Assembly (NCBI GenBank): GCA_001513285.1
Contig: LFTI01000087.1
Coordinates: 1 to 60,521 of the forward strand
Direction: 5' to 3'
From: Rikenellaceae bacterium DTU049
GTDB lineage: Bacteria > Bacteroidota > Bacteroidia > Bacteroidales > DTU049
DNA: 60,521 bases
Shown here: piece by piece, positions 30,281 to 39,290 of the stretch
Numbering within the stretch: the stretch's first letter is position 1
Layout: every line of letters starts with the position of its first letter
Made by a program: the position numbers and the translations under genes
Notes under the pieces: generated by a model
What the model was told of the DNA's origin: nothing
What the model saw: the letters and a program-made list of their open reading frames with translations, nothing else
The model's database searches: none

Positions 30281-31477
30281 TTACCACCTACTTATGCCTG
30301 CTATTCCACCAAATTCATTATACAATTTATCTTTAATATCAGCTTTTACAAATTCTATTTTAGTAGAATATTCTTCTGCTAAATCTGTTATATATTCTCT
30401 TAAATTAATTTCTGCAGGATTATTACAATGTTTTTTTGCCTCATCTAGGAGACCAAATATTAATCCATCTTCGCACCTATAAGCTTTAGCATCAAAATCC
30501 CAAGGCAAAAGTAAAATTTGTAATCTTCCTATTTGCAGAGCTTCTAAAACATCTGACAAACCAATAATTCCATAGCCCTGATAAATTAAATCGAAATAAT
30601 ATTTTTCTTCATCATATTCTGTTTTTTCGAGCAAAGGAGTGATCTTTTCAAGAATTTCTTTATTAGAAATATTATCAGGATTAGTGAGATTAGAGACATG
30701 TCCGATAATTAATTTTTTAACATCATGGCTAAGGTAATTTTCGAAAAAACTAAGTTGCCAATCAGTACCTATCAAAACAAGTCTACTGATATTTAATTGA
30801 TGAATAGACTTTGCTAACATATCAGCTAATCGCTTATATAGTTTGTGAGACCAATTTTGATATTTAGATTTATATTTGTCTTTAAATTTTTCTCGAGCAT
30901 AGAAATGACGTTCTCCATACAGAGTTTGATCAATTGCAGATAAATGATCTTGAATTTCTTTCCATTCATTACTAGTAATTTCAGCAAAAGTATCCGTTAT
31001 TTCCTGAACTTCATTTAAGAAAATTTGGTAAAATCTCCATTTAGTCCCATAAATATGCAAAATACCTGTTCTATCATACTCATCAAATGCATAATAAATA
31101 GGTAAAAGATAAGGTTTCCCATAATGTACATCTATTTTGCCTAGAGTCAAATCTATAGCAGGCAAATCTATTTGTAATTCAAAGGTTTCGCTCTCCAATT
31201 CATTTTTATCATTTACCCAAGCAAATTTAGCTAAAGTCCTTGTCTCTGGATGTACAAATTGTAAAGAAAGTAAAAAATCTTCTAAAAATGTTCTTCCATT
31301 ATTTAATTTTACATCTAGAGATTTAAAATCTTTTAAAGCATTTTTAATTCTAATGATCCAGGCCATATTCTTATTTTCTTCCTTCGATGGATCAGTATCA
31401 CAATAAACGGATAATACTGGTACTGCTAATGACTCAATTCTTTCTTTAAATGCATTGATTTGTTCCAGGGTTATCAT
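30281..31477 (-). CDS. aeRF1-type (baeRF/VLRF1-annotated, Balon-like) release-factor homologue
   Basis: VLSVY.DTDP, W.IRIKNALK, PYL.P, L.L.G, G..G..DVLEALQ.GR...L, ending GGIAG..RW; no GGQ. Confidence 0.72.
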   Translation of the reverse strand: MITLEQINAFKERIESLAVPVLSVYCDTDPSKEENKNMAWIIRIKNALKDFKSLDVKLNNGRTFLEDFLLSLQFVHPETRTLAKFAWVNDKNELESETFELQIDLPAIDLTLGKIDVHYGKPYLLPIYYAFDEYDRTGILHIYGTKWRFYQIFLNEVQEITDTFAEITSNEWKEIQDHLSAIDQTLYGERHFYAREKFKDKYKSKYQNWSHKLYKRLADMLAKSIHQLNISRLVLIGTDWQLSFFENYLSHDVKKLIIGHVSNLTNPDNISNKEILEKITPLLEKTEYDEEKYYFDLIYQGYGIIGLSDVLEALQIGRLQILLLPWDFDAKAYRCEDGLIFGLLDEAKKHCNNPAEINLREYITDLAEEYSTKIEFVKADIKDKLYNEFGGIAGISRW

Positions 31478-31501
31478 GGCACTACAATTTTATGATTACT
31501 T

Positions 31502-31557
31502 ATATAAAAATTAATACAAAAATTATACAAAAATTATACAAAATTTTTACAAAAAAT
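31502..31557. repeat. Tandem ~11-bp repeat ATACAAAAATT (about 4-5 units) upstream of the aeRF1-like gene
   Basis: Exact units at 31514 and 31525; degenerate units at 31502, 31536 and 31547. Confidence 0.7.
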
Positions 31558-31590
31558 AAATAAATTAATTCAAAGTAAAAACAATTGAGA

Positions 31591-32148
31591 TTAATGATTC
31601 CAGAAAATTTCTGATTTTCCTTTTAATAATAAAATTTTTCTGCCTAATATAAAAAAATAATCGCTTAATCTATTAATATAAGCCATTATTAAATCATAAT
31701 TAGAAATAGATTCATTTTCGGCCAATTCACAAATTTTTCTTTCTGCTCGCCTAACAATAGTTCTAATAATATGACAAAATGACATATCAGGATCACCAAC
31801 TGGTAAAACAAAATTGGTTAATTCACCCAACTCATTAGAATATTGATCAATTTTATATTCTAAAAAAATAACTCTATCATTAGAAAAGACAGGCAATGTA
31901 TCAGTAGAAATTGATTTATTAGCTATATGAGATTCTATAATAAAAATATCATTAATAATAGTAAATAAATCATCACGAATATCAGGTACATCAATTATCT
32001 CATAAAAATATCCAATAAAAGAACATGCTTCATCTAGAGTACCATAAGCTTCTACACGAGGATCATATTTAGGGACATTTTCTCCAGATAATAGTTGAGT
32101 ATATCCTTTATCACCATTTTTTGTATATATTTTTTTAATATTTTTCAT
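31591..32148 (-). CDS. PduO-type cob(I)alamin adenosyltransferase
   Basis: KIYTKNGDKG.T, RVEAYGTLDE, RTIVRRAER, YINRLSDYFF. Confidence 0.93.
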   Translation of the reverse strand: MKNIKKIYTKNGDKGYTQLLSGENVPKYDPRVEAYGTLDEACSFIGYFYEIIDVPDIRDDLFTIINDIFIIESHIANKSISTDTLPVFSNDRVIFLEYKIDQYSNELGELTNFVLPVGDPDMSFCHIIRTIVRRAERKICELAENESISNYDLIMAYINRLSDYFFILGRKILLLKGKSEIFWNH

Positions 32149-32173
32149 ATATCTTGATAATTTTTGAGAAAAT

Positions 32174-32671
32174 TTATGCTAAAGGGACATTAATATGAGC
32201 TCTAGCAATAGCCACACGTTGTCTTTGTCCACCAGACAATTCATTAGGTTTATGATGTATTCTATCCTTCAGACCTACTATTTCGAACATAGGCTCTGCA
32301 CGAGCAATACGATCATTCTTATTAACACCAGCATAAATGAGTGACAACATCACATTTTCTAATGCATTATAACGAGAAAGTAAATAAAAAGTTTGAAAAA
32401 CAAAACCTACCTCTTTATTTCTGATACCAGCTAATTCATCATCACCAAGCCCACTAACTAATTGATTATTAAGATAATACTCTCCGCTCGTAGGAGTATC
32501 AAGACAACCTATAATATTCATTAGAGTAGTTTTTCCCAAACCAGATGACCGAGTGATGACGACAAAATCATTTTTATTAATTTTCAAAATAATACTCTGT
32601 AAGACATTAACAACGACTTGACCGATGGAATAAGTCTTTTGAATATTATTAAGAGAAATGATAGAATCCAT
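32174..32671 (-). pseudogene. Truncated LolD/MacB-type ABC ATP-binding protein
   Basis: Walker A altered (TRSSGLGKTT), LSGGQRQRVAIARA present, ORF ends before Walker B; only 25 nt to the next gene. Confidence 0.8.
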
Positions 32672-32722
32672 AAAAAATTTTAACAAAGATAAAAGAAAGT
32701 TTTATGAAAAAGGATAAAACAT

Positions 32723-33730
32723 TTAAATGTTATGTATTAAATATGTTAATGATATCAAATTACTGTACCGCTCCCATGCACGCCTATCCGACGCCGCCAA
32801 ATTCAGCAACCTCCCCGTATCTTCTATAATCTTCTCCGCCAAATACTTCCCCTTAACTACAAACCACATTATGTAGTTTGTCAAATACTTTGTTGCAACG
32901 CCTCGAAACTTATAATATATCCAGCCAACAAAATCTGTTATCTTCTTATGAATAGTTGATACACTGTATATACCATCTTTCTTCTTTTTCTTAGAAGATA
33001 TCTCTTTGTGTTTGATGTGCTCAGCATTAACTGTTTTGAAAGCTTTTTTATCGCTGCCGCATACCACTGAATTCTCAGATATCCTATATTTTAGAAAATC
33101 TGATATGTGTTCAGCCTGAACTCGTTTATCTTCTAATTTTTTGAACAAAATATTTCCACTTCTATCTGTAGCAGCTAATACTGCTACATTCGTTGGCTTC
33201 TTTTTCTTTAGCTTTTTTAATTCTTTCTTGTCACGCTTCTTTTTGCCTTTTTCGGAATAATTCATTAGTAACTCTTCTAATTCTACTACTCCAAAGAAAT
33301 TAACATTATCTTCAAAAGATTGCAAAGCACTTAAAATTCTATGTCGCCAAAAGAAGCTCGTTTGCAGACAAATACCTACATTTCTGGCACATTCTCTTAA
33401 AGTCATACCTGCAGACATACATTTGATGTATTCGAGCATTTTATCTCTGTGGTGAATGCCATACATAAAAGTACCGGTTGTAACACGGAATTGCCGTCTA
33501 CAATTTTTACACTTATAATTTTGTACTCCATTTTGTAAGCCATTTTTGATTACGTGGCTGCTATTACAATCTGGGCAAAGTATGCCTGTAGACATGGCTT
33601 TTTGCTCTTGATAATCGACAATGTCTTTGCCTTCATTTTTTATTTTATTATATAAATTGTCGTAATACTTGCGTGCTTCTTCTTTAGTGAGGGCAAAGAC
33701 ATCTATTTCTTCTTCAAATATTTTATCCAT
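32723..33730 (-). CDS. IS1595-family transposase-like protein, copy 3 (catalytic residues degenerate)
   Basis: CPDC..CKNC, WRHRIL, ELEE, FRGVATKYLTNYIMWF; start at 33730 (MDKIF) by analogy with copies 1 and 2 (TAATT-ATG, -7 box TATATTTG at 33754-33747). Confidence 0.85.
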   Translation of the reverse strand: MDKIFEEEIDVFALTKEEARKYYDNLYNKIKNEGKDIVDYQEQKAMSTGILCPDCNSSHVIKNGLQNGVQNYKCKNCRRQFRVTTGTFMYGIHHRDKMLEYIKCMSAGMTLRECARNVGICLQTSFFWRHRILSALQSFEDNVNFFGVVELEELLMNYSEKGKKKRDKKELKKLKKKKPTNVAVLAATDRSGNILFKKLEDKRVQAEHISDFLKYRISENSVVCGSDKKAFKTVNAEHIKHKEISSKKKKKDGIYSVSTIHKKITDFVGWIYYKFRGVATKYLTNYIMWFVVKGKYLAEKIIEDTGRLLNLAASDRRAWERYSNLISLTYLIHNI

Positions 33731-33793
33731 AATTATAATATTTTTACAAATATAAAAACTTTTTATAACTAAAAACATATTTATTTCAAAACA
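32728..33793 (-). mobile_element. IS1595-like element copy 3 bounded by imperfect 20-bp inverted repeats
   Basis: TGTTATGTATTAAATATGTT (32728-32747) vs reverse complement of 33774-33793, TGTTTTGAAATAAATATGTT: 17/20 match. Confidence 0.6.
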
Positions 33794-33807
33794 AAAATTT
33801 TTATCAA

Positions 33808-33842
33808 ATAAGAATAACCTGTTTTTAACAGGTTATTCTTAT
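33808..33842. repeat. Perfect 16-bp hairpin between divergent genes
   Basis: ATAAGAATAACCTGTT-TTT-AACAGGTTATTCTTAT. Confidence 0.85.
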
Positions 33843-33971
33843 ACCTCTTCAAAACTATTCCCTATCTTTTTGCATTAAAAATATGAGAGTGTTATCTAAC
33901 GATAGATAAAAATATATTTTGAAATTATCTAAAAATATTTATTAATTTTATAAATTAAATTTTTGATATTC

Positions 33972-34469
33972 ATGAAAAAAATCTTCTCTCTCCTTTTATT
34001 AGGAATTTTTCTCATCGGATGCAATTTGGATGATAATTCTTCTGCAGATTTAAATGTAATTTCTGATAGAAAGGATATCCCTTTTAAAGAAATAATTTTT
34101 TTAATTAATTTAAAAACTAATGATAGTAATTATGTAGTAGTTAAAGAAATAGATTCTATTAATATTTATGTAAATACTTTTGCCTGGGCTAAGCTCAACT
34201 CTGCATCTATAGACACTACTAAAATCAGCAAATTTATTGTTAATAATAGGTTTGAGTCTAATAATAAAATAAGTTATTTAGTCGTTGCTAAACAAGAACT
34301 CACTCAATCTAATTTTAATACTGCTGGTGATTATGCTCAATATCTTAATTCATTATATGAATTGCAACCAGGGGAGTATGCATGCTTAATTGAATCATTT
34401 CAAAATACCTTGAATGATTCTACAACTGTGAAATATTATTCATACTTTTATAAAAGTTTCAGAGTGTAG
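33972..34469 (+). CDS. Hypothetical lipoprotein, possibly 3'-decayed
   Basis: MKKIFSLLLLGIFLIG-C lipobox; ATG at 33972. Confidence 0.65.
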   Translation: MKKIFSLLLLGIFLIGCNLDDNSSADLNVISDRKDIPFKEIIFLINLKTNDSNYVVVKEIDSINIYVNTFAWAKLNSASIDTTKISKFIVNNRFESNNKISYLVVAKQELTQSNFNTAGDYAQYLNSLYELQPGEYACLIESFQNTLNDSTTVKYYSYFYKSFRV

Positions 34470-34601
34470 TCTAAATATGAGAAGTGTTTTTATTGGTGAA
34501 TTCGGTATAAAATAGATTAATATGAAAAAATTACAATTTATTTTTATAAAATATATAATTTATATTTTTCAATCATGTTACTAATCCTAATCAATTAATA
34601 T

Positions 34602-35123
34602 ATGCCTCTAATAAAAAGTGTAAAAGGTATTTCGCCTAAATGGGGAAATGATTGTTGGATAGCAGATAATGCTACTATTGTAGGAGATGTTATTATCGGT
34701 GAGCAATGTACTATTTGGTTTAACGCTGTTGTGCGTGGTGATGTTCATTATATTCACATTGGTAATAAGGTAAATATCCAAGATCAAGTTGTTATTCATT
34801 GTACTTATCAAACTTCTCCTGTAGAGATAGGTAATAACGTGTCAATAGGTCATAGTGCTATTATTCACGGATGCAAAATTGGAAATAATGTTTTGATAGG
34901 TATGGGAGCAATTATCATGGATGATGTGATTATCGAGGATAACTGTATTATTGCTGCTGGTGCTATTGTTACTAAAAATACTTTTATTCCTTCATACAGT
35001 GTTTTTGCTGGTATTCCTGCTAAAAAAATTAAAAATTTATCTGAAGAACAATTCCAAAAAGAAGTTTTGGATATAGCTAATCACTATCCAATGTACGCTA
35101 GCTGGTATAATGAAATTAAGTAA
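34602..35123 (+). CDS. Gamma carbonic anhydrase family protein
   Basis: Hexapeptide repeats, WFNAVVRGD, NIQD..VIH, IGH.AIIHGC. Confidence 0.93.
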   Translation: MPLIKSVKGISPKWGNDCWIADNATIVGDVIIGEQCTIWFNAVVRGDVHYIHIGNKVNIQDQVVIHCTYQTSPVEIGNNVSIGHSAIIHGCKIGNNVLIGMGAIIMDDVIIEDNCIIAAGAIVTKNTFIPSYSVFAGIPAKKIKNLSEEQFQKEVLDIANHYPMYASWYNEIK

Positions 35124-35145
35124 TTGAATATTGGGACTAATTATT

Positions 35146-35871
35146 TTATCTATTTTTCTGGAAAATATATAAATATGTTAACCCAAAAGTTAATTTTTTT
35201 ACTTTCAAAGTTTTGAAGCCTAAACTTTCTATGTAAGAGGCTAAATCTTCACCACAAGGGAATTCATCGGATGTATTTTTTAAATATGCAAAAGAATTTG
35301 GATATTTTAATATAAATTTTGAAAAAGTGCTCATAATGATATTTTGATACATCTTATATAAAATATCAAAAGCTATATCAGGCTGACCAAATTCCAATAT
35401 TGCTAAAATACCTTTTGGCTTCAGCACTCTATATGATGACAAAAGAGCCAAATGAGAGTTTTCGAAATTTCTAATGCCAAAAGAAATAGTTACTGCATCT
35501 ACAGATGAGGTAGATAAAGGAATATTTTCTGCAAAAGAATTGTAAAATTCTATATTAGGTTGTTTTAATCTATTTTTTGCTATATTAATCATTTTATCTG
35601 ATGGATCTAATAGCATCAATTTTTGAGGATGTAATTGCAACAACGATTTAGCTTGAGAGCCAGTGCCACATGCTACATCCAAGATTATTTGAGGCTGAAA
35701 ATGTTTTAATTCACTTGTAAGATATTTTCTCCACAGATGATCTATACCAAATGAAAATATTGAAGTAAATTTATCATAATTTGGTGCTATAGCATCAAAC
35801 ATATCTATAATTTCATTTTTACTTTTACCAATAATATGTTTATTGAGCACCTGAGCGATAGCTTTTGCCAT
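35146..35871 (-). CDS. ubiE: UbiE/MenG family methyltransferase
   Basis: MFDAIAPNYD, SFGIDHLWR, LDVACGTG, FGIRNF, RVLKPKG...LEF. Confidence 0.85.
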   Translation of the reverse strand: MAKAIAQVLNKHIIGKSKNEIIDMFDAIAPNYDKFTSIFSFGIDHLWRKYLTSELKHFQPQIILDVACGTGSQAKSLLQLHPQKLMLLDPSDKMINIAKNRLKQPNIEFYNSFAENIPLSTSSVDAVTISFGIRNFENSHLALLSSYRVLKPKGILAILEFGQPDIAFDILYKMYQNIIMSTFSKFILKYPNSFAYLKNTSDEFPCGEDLASYIESLGFKTLKVKKLTFGLTYLYIFQKNR

Positions 35872-35956
35872 AAGTATAAATTTTATATGGCTAAATTAAA
35901 TATTATATATTATTAAAAATACAAAAATTATATATATCATTTTTTTTTAAGTCAAC

Positions 35957-35993
35957 AAAAAAAAGTAGCTTACAGTTTTGTAAGCTACTTTTT
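35957..35993 (-). terminator. Intrinsic terminator of thrS-infC-rpmI-rplT
   Basis: A8-GTAGCTTACA-GTTT-TGTAAGCTAC-T5. Confidence 0.85.
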
Positions 35994-36031
35994 ACCAACA
36001 TTAAAATCAATAAGTTAAAAATTTAAAAAAA

Positions 36032-36379
36032 TTAATTTTTTAAACTTTCAACTATTTTAGCAAAAATTTCTGGTTCGTTCATTGCTAAATCGGCTAAAGT
36101 TTTTCGATTCAGAGCAATGTTCTTTTTATGAATTAATCCCATAAATTGTGAATAAGGCATACCATTTAATCTGGCTCCAGCATTAATACGCTGAATCCAC
36201 AATTTTCTATAATCACGTTTTTTTAATTTTCTACCAACGTAAGCGTGATTTTGTCCTTTTTCCCATCTATTTTTGGCTACTGTCCAAACATTTTTATTAC
36301 GACCTATATAACCTTTGGTTAAACGTAATATTTTTTTTCTTCTAGCCCTTGATGCTACATGATTAACACTTCTTGACAT
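36032..36379 (-). CDS. rplT: 50S ribosomal protein bL20
   Basis: [36 protein letters not shown]. Confidence 0.98.
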   Translation of the reverse strand: MSRSVNHVASRARRKKILRLTKGYIGRNKNVWTVAKNRWEKGQNHAYVGRKLKKRDYRKLWIQRINAGARLNGMPYSQFMGLIHKKNIALNRKTLADLAMNEPEIFAKIVESLKN

Positions 36380-36384
36380 AATTT

Positions 36385-36435
36385 ACCTCCTTTTTGTTTC
36401 AGCGGCTAATTTTTATGCTCTTTGGAGCTGATAAC
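36385..36435 (-). promoter_or_regulatory. rplT leader: hairpin followed by a strong Shine-Dalgarno sequence
   Basis: Minus strand GTTATCAGC...GCTGAAAC stem, then AAGGAGGT 5 nt before ATG. Confidence 0.55.
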
Positions 36436-36452
36436 AATTTTTTTAAAATTTT

Positions 36453-36647
36453 TTACTTTAATAACATTTGTTTAACATTTTTAGCAGTTTTGCCTTCAAT
36501 AATGGCATAATGCCCAAGATTTCTCTTGCGTTTTTTACTTTTTTTAGTCAAAATATGACTTTTGTATGCATGTTTACGTTTCACTTTACCAGAACCAGTA
36601 ATGACGAAACGCTTTTTTGCACTTGATTTACTCTTCATTTTAGGCAT
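36453..36647 (-). CDS. rpmI: 50S ribosomal protein bL35
   Basis: [30 protein letters not shown]. Confidence 0.98.
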   Translation of the reverse strand: MPKMKSKSSAKKRFVITGSGKVKRKHAYKSHILTKKSKKRKRNLGHYAIIEGKTAKNVKQMLLK

Positions 36648-36660
36648 ATCTTATTATTTT

Positions 36661-37194
36661 TTATTTTTTCTTATTAATTTTAGGAGCTAAAATCATAGAC
36701 ATCTCTTTTCCTTGGAGTTTAGGTAATTGCTCTACTTTTGCAATATCAGATAAAGCATCAGCAAATTTTAATAATTGAAACTCTCCTTGTTCTTTATACA
36801 CAATAGTTCTACCTTTATAGATAATTTTTACTCTTACTTTATTTCCTTCTTCTATAAACCTTTGAGCATGTTTCAGTTTAAAATTAAAATCATGTTCATC
36901 AATATTAAAACCTAGTCTAATAACTTTAACGACCATTTGAAAAGTCTTTGCTTTGATTTCTTTTTCTTTTTTTCTACGTTCAAAAAGAAATTTGCTATAG
37001 TCCATTATACGACATACAGGTGGATTAGCTTGCGGTGAAATTTCAACTAAATCTAAATTTTTTTCATTAGCTAGTGCAATAGCTTTATCAATGGGTAAAA
37101 TTAAAGGTTCAAAATCATCTCCTACTACTCTGACCTCACGAGCTGTGATTTCTTCATTAATTCTATAACTAAATTTTTCTTTCTGTGCTCCCAA
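36661..37194 (-). CDS. infC: Translation initiation factor IF-3 (non-AUG start)
   Basis: INE.I.A.EVR, DLVEISP.A.PPVC.IMDY.KF; no in-frame ATG at the start, TTG at 37194 or ATA at 37203. Confidence 0.96.
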   Translation of the reverse strand: MGAQKEKFSYRINEEITAREVRVVGDDFEPLILPIDKAIALANEKNLDLVEISPQANPPVCRIMDYSKFLFERRKKEKEIKAKTFQMVVKVIRLGFNIDEHDFNFKLKHAQRFIEEGNKVRVKIIYKGRTIVYKEQGEFQLLKFADALSDIAKVEQLPKLQGKEMSMILAPKINKKK

Positions 37195-37202
37195 GTTTTT
37201 TA

Positions 37203-39152
37203 TTAAATTTTATTTGTTAAACTTTTATTTAATTCGTCTGAAAATAAATTAATAAATGCCTCAGTATCCATACTACCGAGGTCGCCTTGTCCTTGACGAC
37301 GTACAGACACAGCATTCTCATTTTTCTCCTTTTCGCCCACTATAATCATAAATGGAATACGCTGTAGCTCTGCCTCACGGATTTTTTTGCCTACTTTCTC
37401 GGATCTATCATCCATTTCAGTTCTTATATCTAAATTAGTCAGCAAAGATACAACTTTTTCTCCATATTCAATATATTTTTCACTTATAGGTAAAACTATC
37501 ACTTGTACAGGTGATAACCATAATGGTAATTTACCCGCTGTTTGCTCTAAAAGCAATGATACAAATCTTTCCATTGAACCAAAAATAGCTCTATGTATCA
37601 TCACTGGACGATATTTTTGATTATCAGCTCCTATATATTCTAGATTAAATCTTTCTGGTAAATTATAGTCTACTTGTATAGTTCCTAATTGCCAGCTACG
37701 GCCTATAGCATCTTGCACCATAAAATCTAATTTTGGTCCATAAAAAGCAGCTTCACCTTTAGCAATTATCGTATTAAAACCAGTATTAGAGACACTTTCT
37801 AATATTGCTTCTTCTGCTTTTTCCCAATTTTCTTCGCTGCCAATATATTTTCCTTTATTTTCTGGATCACTCAATGACACTTGTGCAGTGAAATTTTTAA
37901 AATCAAAAGTATTTAAGATTAGCAATACTATTTCCATCACTTTATGGAATTCATCTTTTAGCTGATCATTTGTACAGAAAATATGTGCATCATCTTGAGT
38001 GAAACTACGTACACGTGTGAGACCATGAAGTTCTCCACTTTGTTCATATCTATAAACTGTACCAAATTCTGCTATTCGCAATGGTAAATCTTTATATGAT
38101 CTTGGTTTAAAAGCATAAATCTCACAATGATGAGGACAATTCATTGGTTTGAGCATAAACTCCTCGTCTTCAATAGGAGTAGATATTGGACGAAATGAAT
38201 CTTTGCCATACTTTTCATAATGTCCAGAGGTAATATATAGTTCCTTTTGTCCAATGTGCGGTGTTATAACATGCTGATAACCATATTGCAATTGTACATT
38301 TTTAAGAAATTTTTCTAATTCTTGTCTAACAATTGCACCTTTAGGTAACCACATGGGCAAACCTTGTCCTACTTTAGGACTAAACATAAAAAGTTCTAAT
38401 TCTTTACCCAATTTTCTATGATCTCTTTTGCGAGCTTCTTCTAAAAAATTAAGATAATCATCCAATAATTCTTGTTTAGGAAAGCTAATACCATAGATAC
38501 GTGTCAGCATTTGTCTATGCTCATCACCCCGCCAATAGGCTCCCGCAATATTTAATAGTTTAATAGCTTTTACATATTTAGTGGATGGCAAATGAGGTCC
38601 TCTACATAAATCTACAAAATCACCTAAAGTATATAATGTTAATTGTTGATTTTCTAATTCTTCTATCAATTCTATTTTGTAGGTATTATCAATTTTCTTG
38701 AAATAATCTAGAGCTTCTTGCTTAGTTACTTCTTTTCTAACAAAAGGTATATCTAGTTTAATGATTTCTTTAATCTTGTTTTCTATTTTTTCTAAATCTT
38801 CTTCGGAAACTTTATGATCACCAAAATCAATATCATAGTAAAATCCATGCTCTATGCTAGGTCCTATGCCAAATTTAGCATCTGGGAAAAGAGAACAAAT
38901 AGCTGCAGCCATGATATGAGATGATGAATGCCAAAATATACTTTTACCTTCTGGGTCGTCCCATGTGATAATTTTAATCTGTGCATCGTGCTCTATAGCT
39001 CTATTTAGATCATACATTTGATCATTTACTTTAATAGCTAAAGCTTTATTTAGCAAGCTCTGACTAATAGCCTTAGCTATTTCAAAGCCAGTGATACCAG
39101 CAGGGAATGACTTTTTATTATCATCAGGAAAAGTAATTATTATCTCTCTCAT
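37203..39152 (-). CDS. thrS: Threonine--tRNA ligase
   Basis: TGS domain, [37 protein letters not shown]. Confidence 0.98.
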   Translation of the reverse strand: MREIIITFPDDNKKSFPAGITGFEIAKAISQSLLNKALAIKVNDQMYDLNRAIEHDAQIKIITWDDPEGKSIFWHSSSHIMAAAICSLFPDAKFGIGPSIEHGFYYDIDFGDHKVSEEDLEKIENKIKEIIKLDIPFVRKEVTKQEALDYFKKIDNTYKIELIEELENQQLTLYTLGDFVDLCRGPHLPSTKYVKAIKLLNIAGAYWRGDEHRQMLTRIYGISFPKQELLDDYLNFLEEARKRDHRKLGKELELFMFSPKVGQGLPMWLPKGAIVRQELEKFLKNVQLQYGYQHVITPHIGQKELYITSGHYEKYGKDSFRPISTPIEDEEFMLKPMNCPHHCEIYAFKPRSYKDLPLRIAEFGTVYRYEQSGELHGLTRVRSFTQDDAHIFCTNDQLKDEFHKVMEIVLLILNTFDFKNFTAQVSLSDPENKGKYIGSEENWEKAEEAILESVSNTGFNTIIAKGEAAFYGPKLDFMVQDAIGRSWQLGTIQVDYNLPERFNLEYIGADNQKYRPVMIHRAIFGSMERFVSLLLEQTAGKLPLWLSPVQVIVLPISEKYIEYGEKVVSLLTNLDIRTEMDDRSEKVGKKIREAELQRIPFMIIVGEKEKNENAVSVRRQGQGDLGSMDTEAFINLFSDELNKSLTNKI

Positions 39153-39290
39153 ATCTTTTTTAAAAAAATATTTGCAAAATTAATGTAAAATTTTTAAATG
39201 AAAAGTAAACTTATTCTAACAAAATTGTATTATAACTAAACATAAACTAGAAATTTTGTATAAATCAGTTCACAAATTGATTAGTAGATA

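Noticed and set aside
33731-33778. N-terminal extension of copy 3 in the ORF track (MFLVIKS...)
   Set aside because: It overlaps the predicted promoter and upstream box. ATG 33730 matches the spacing and TAATT-ATG context of the other copies.
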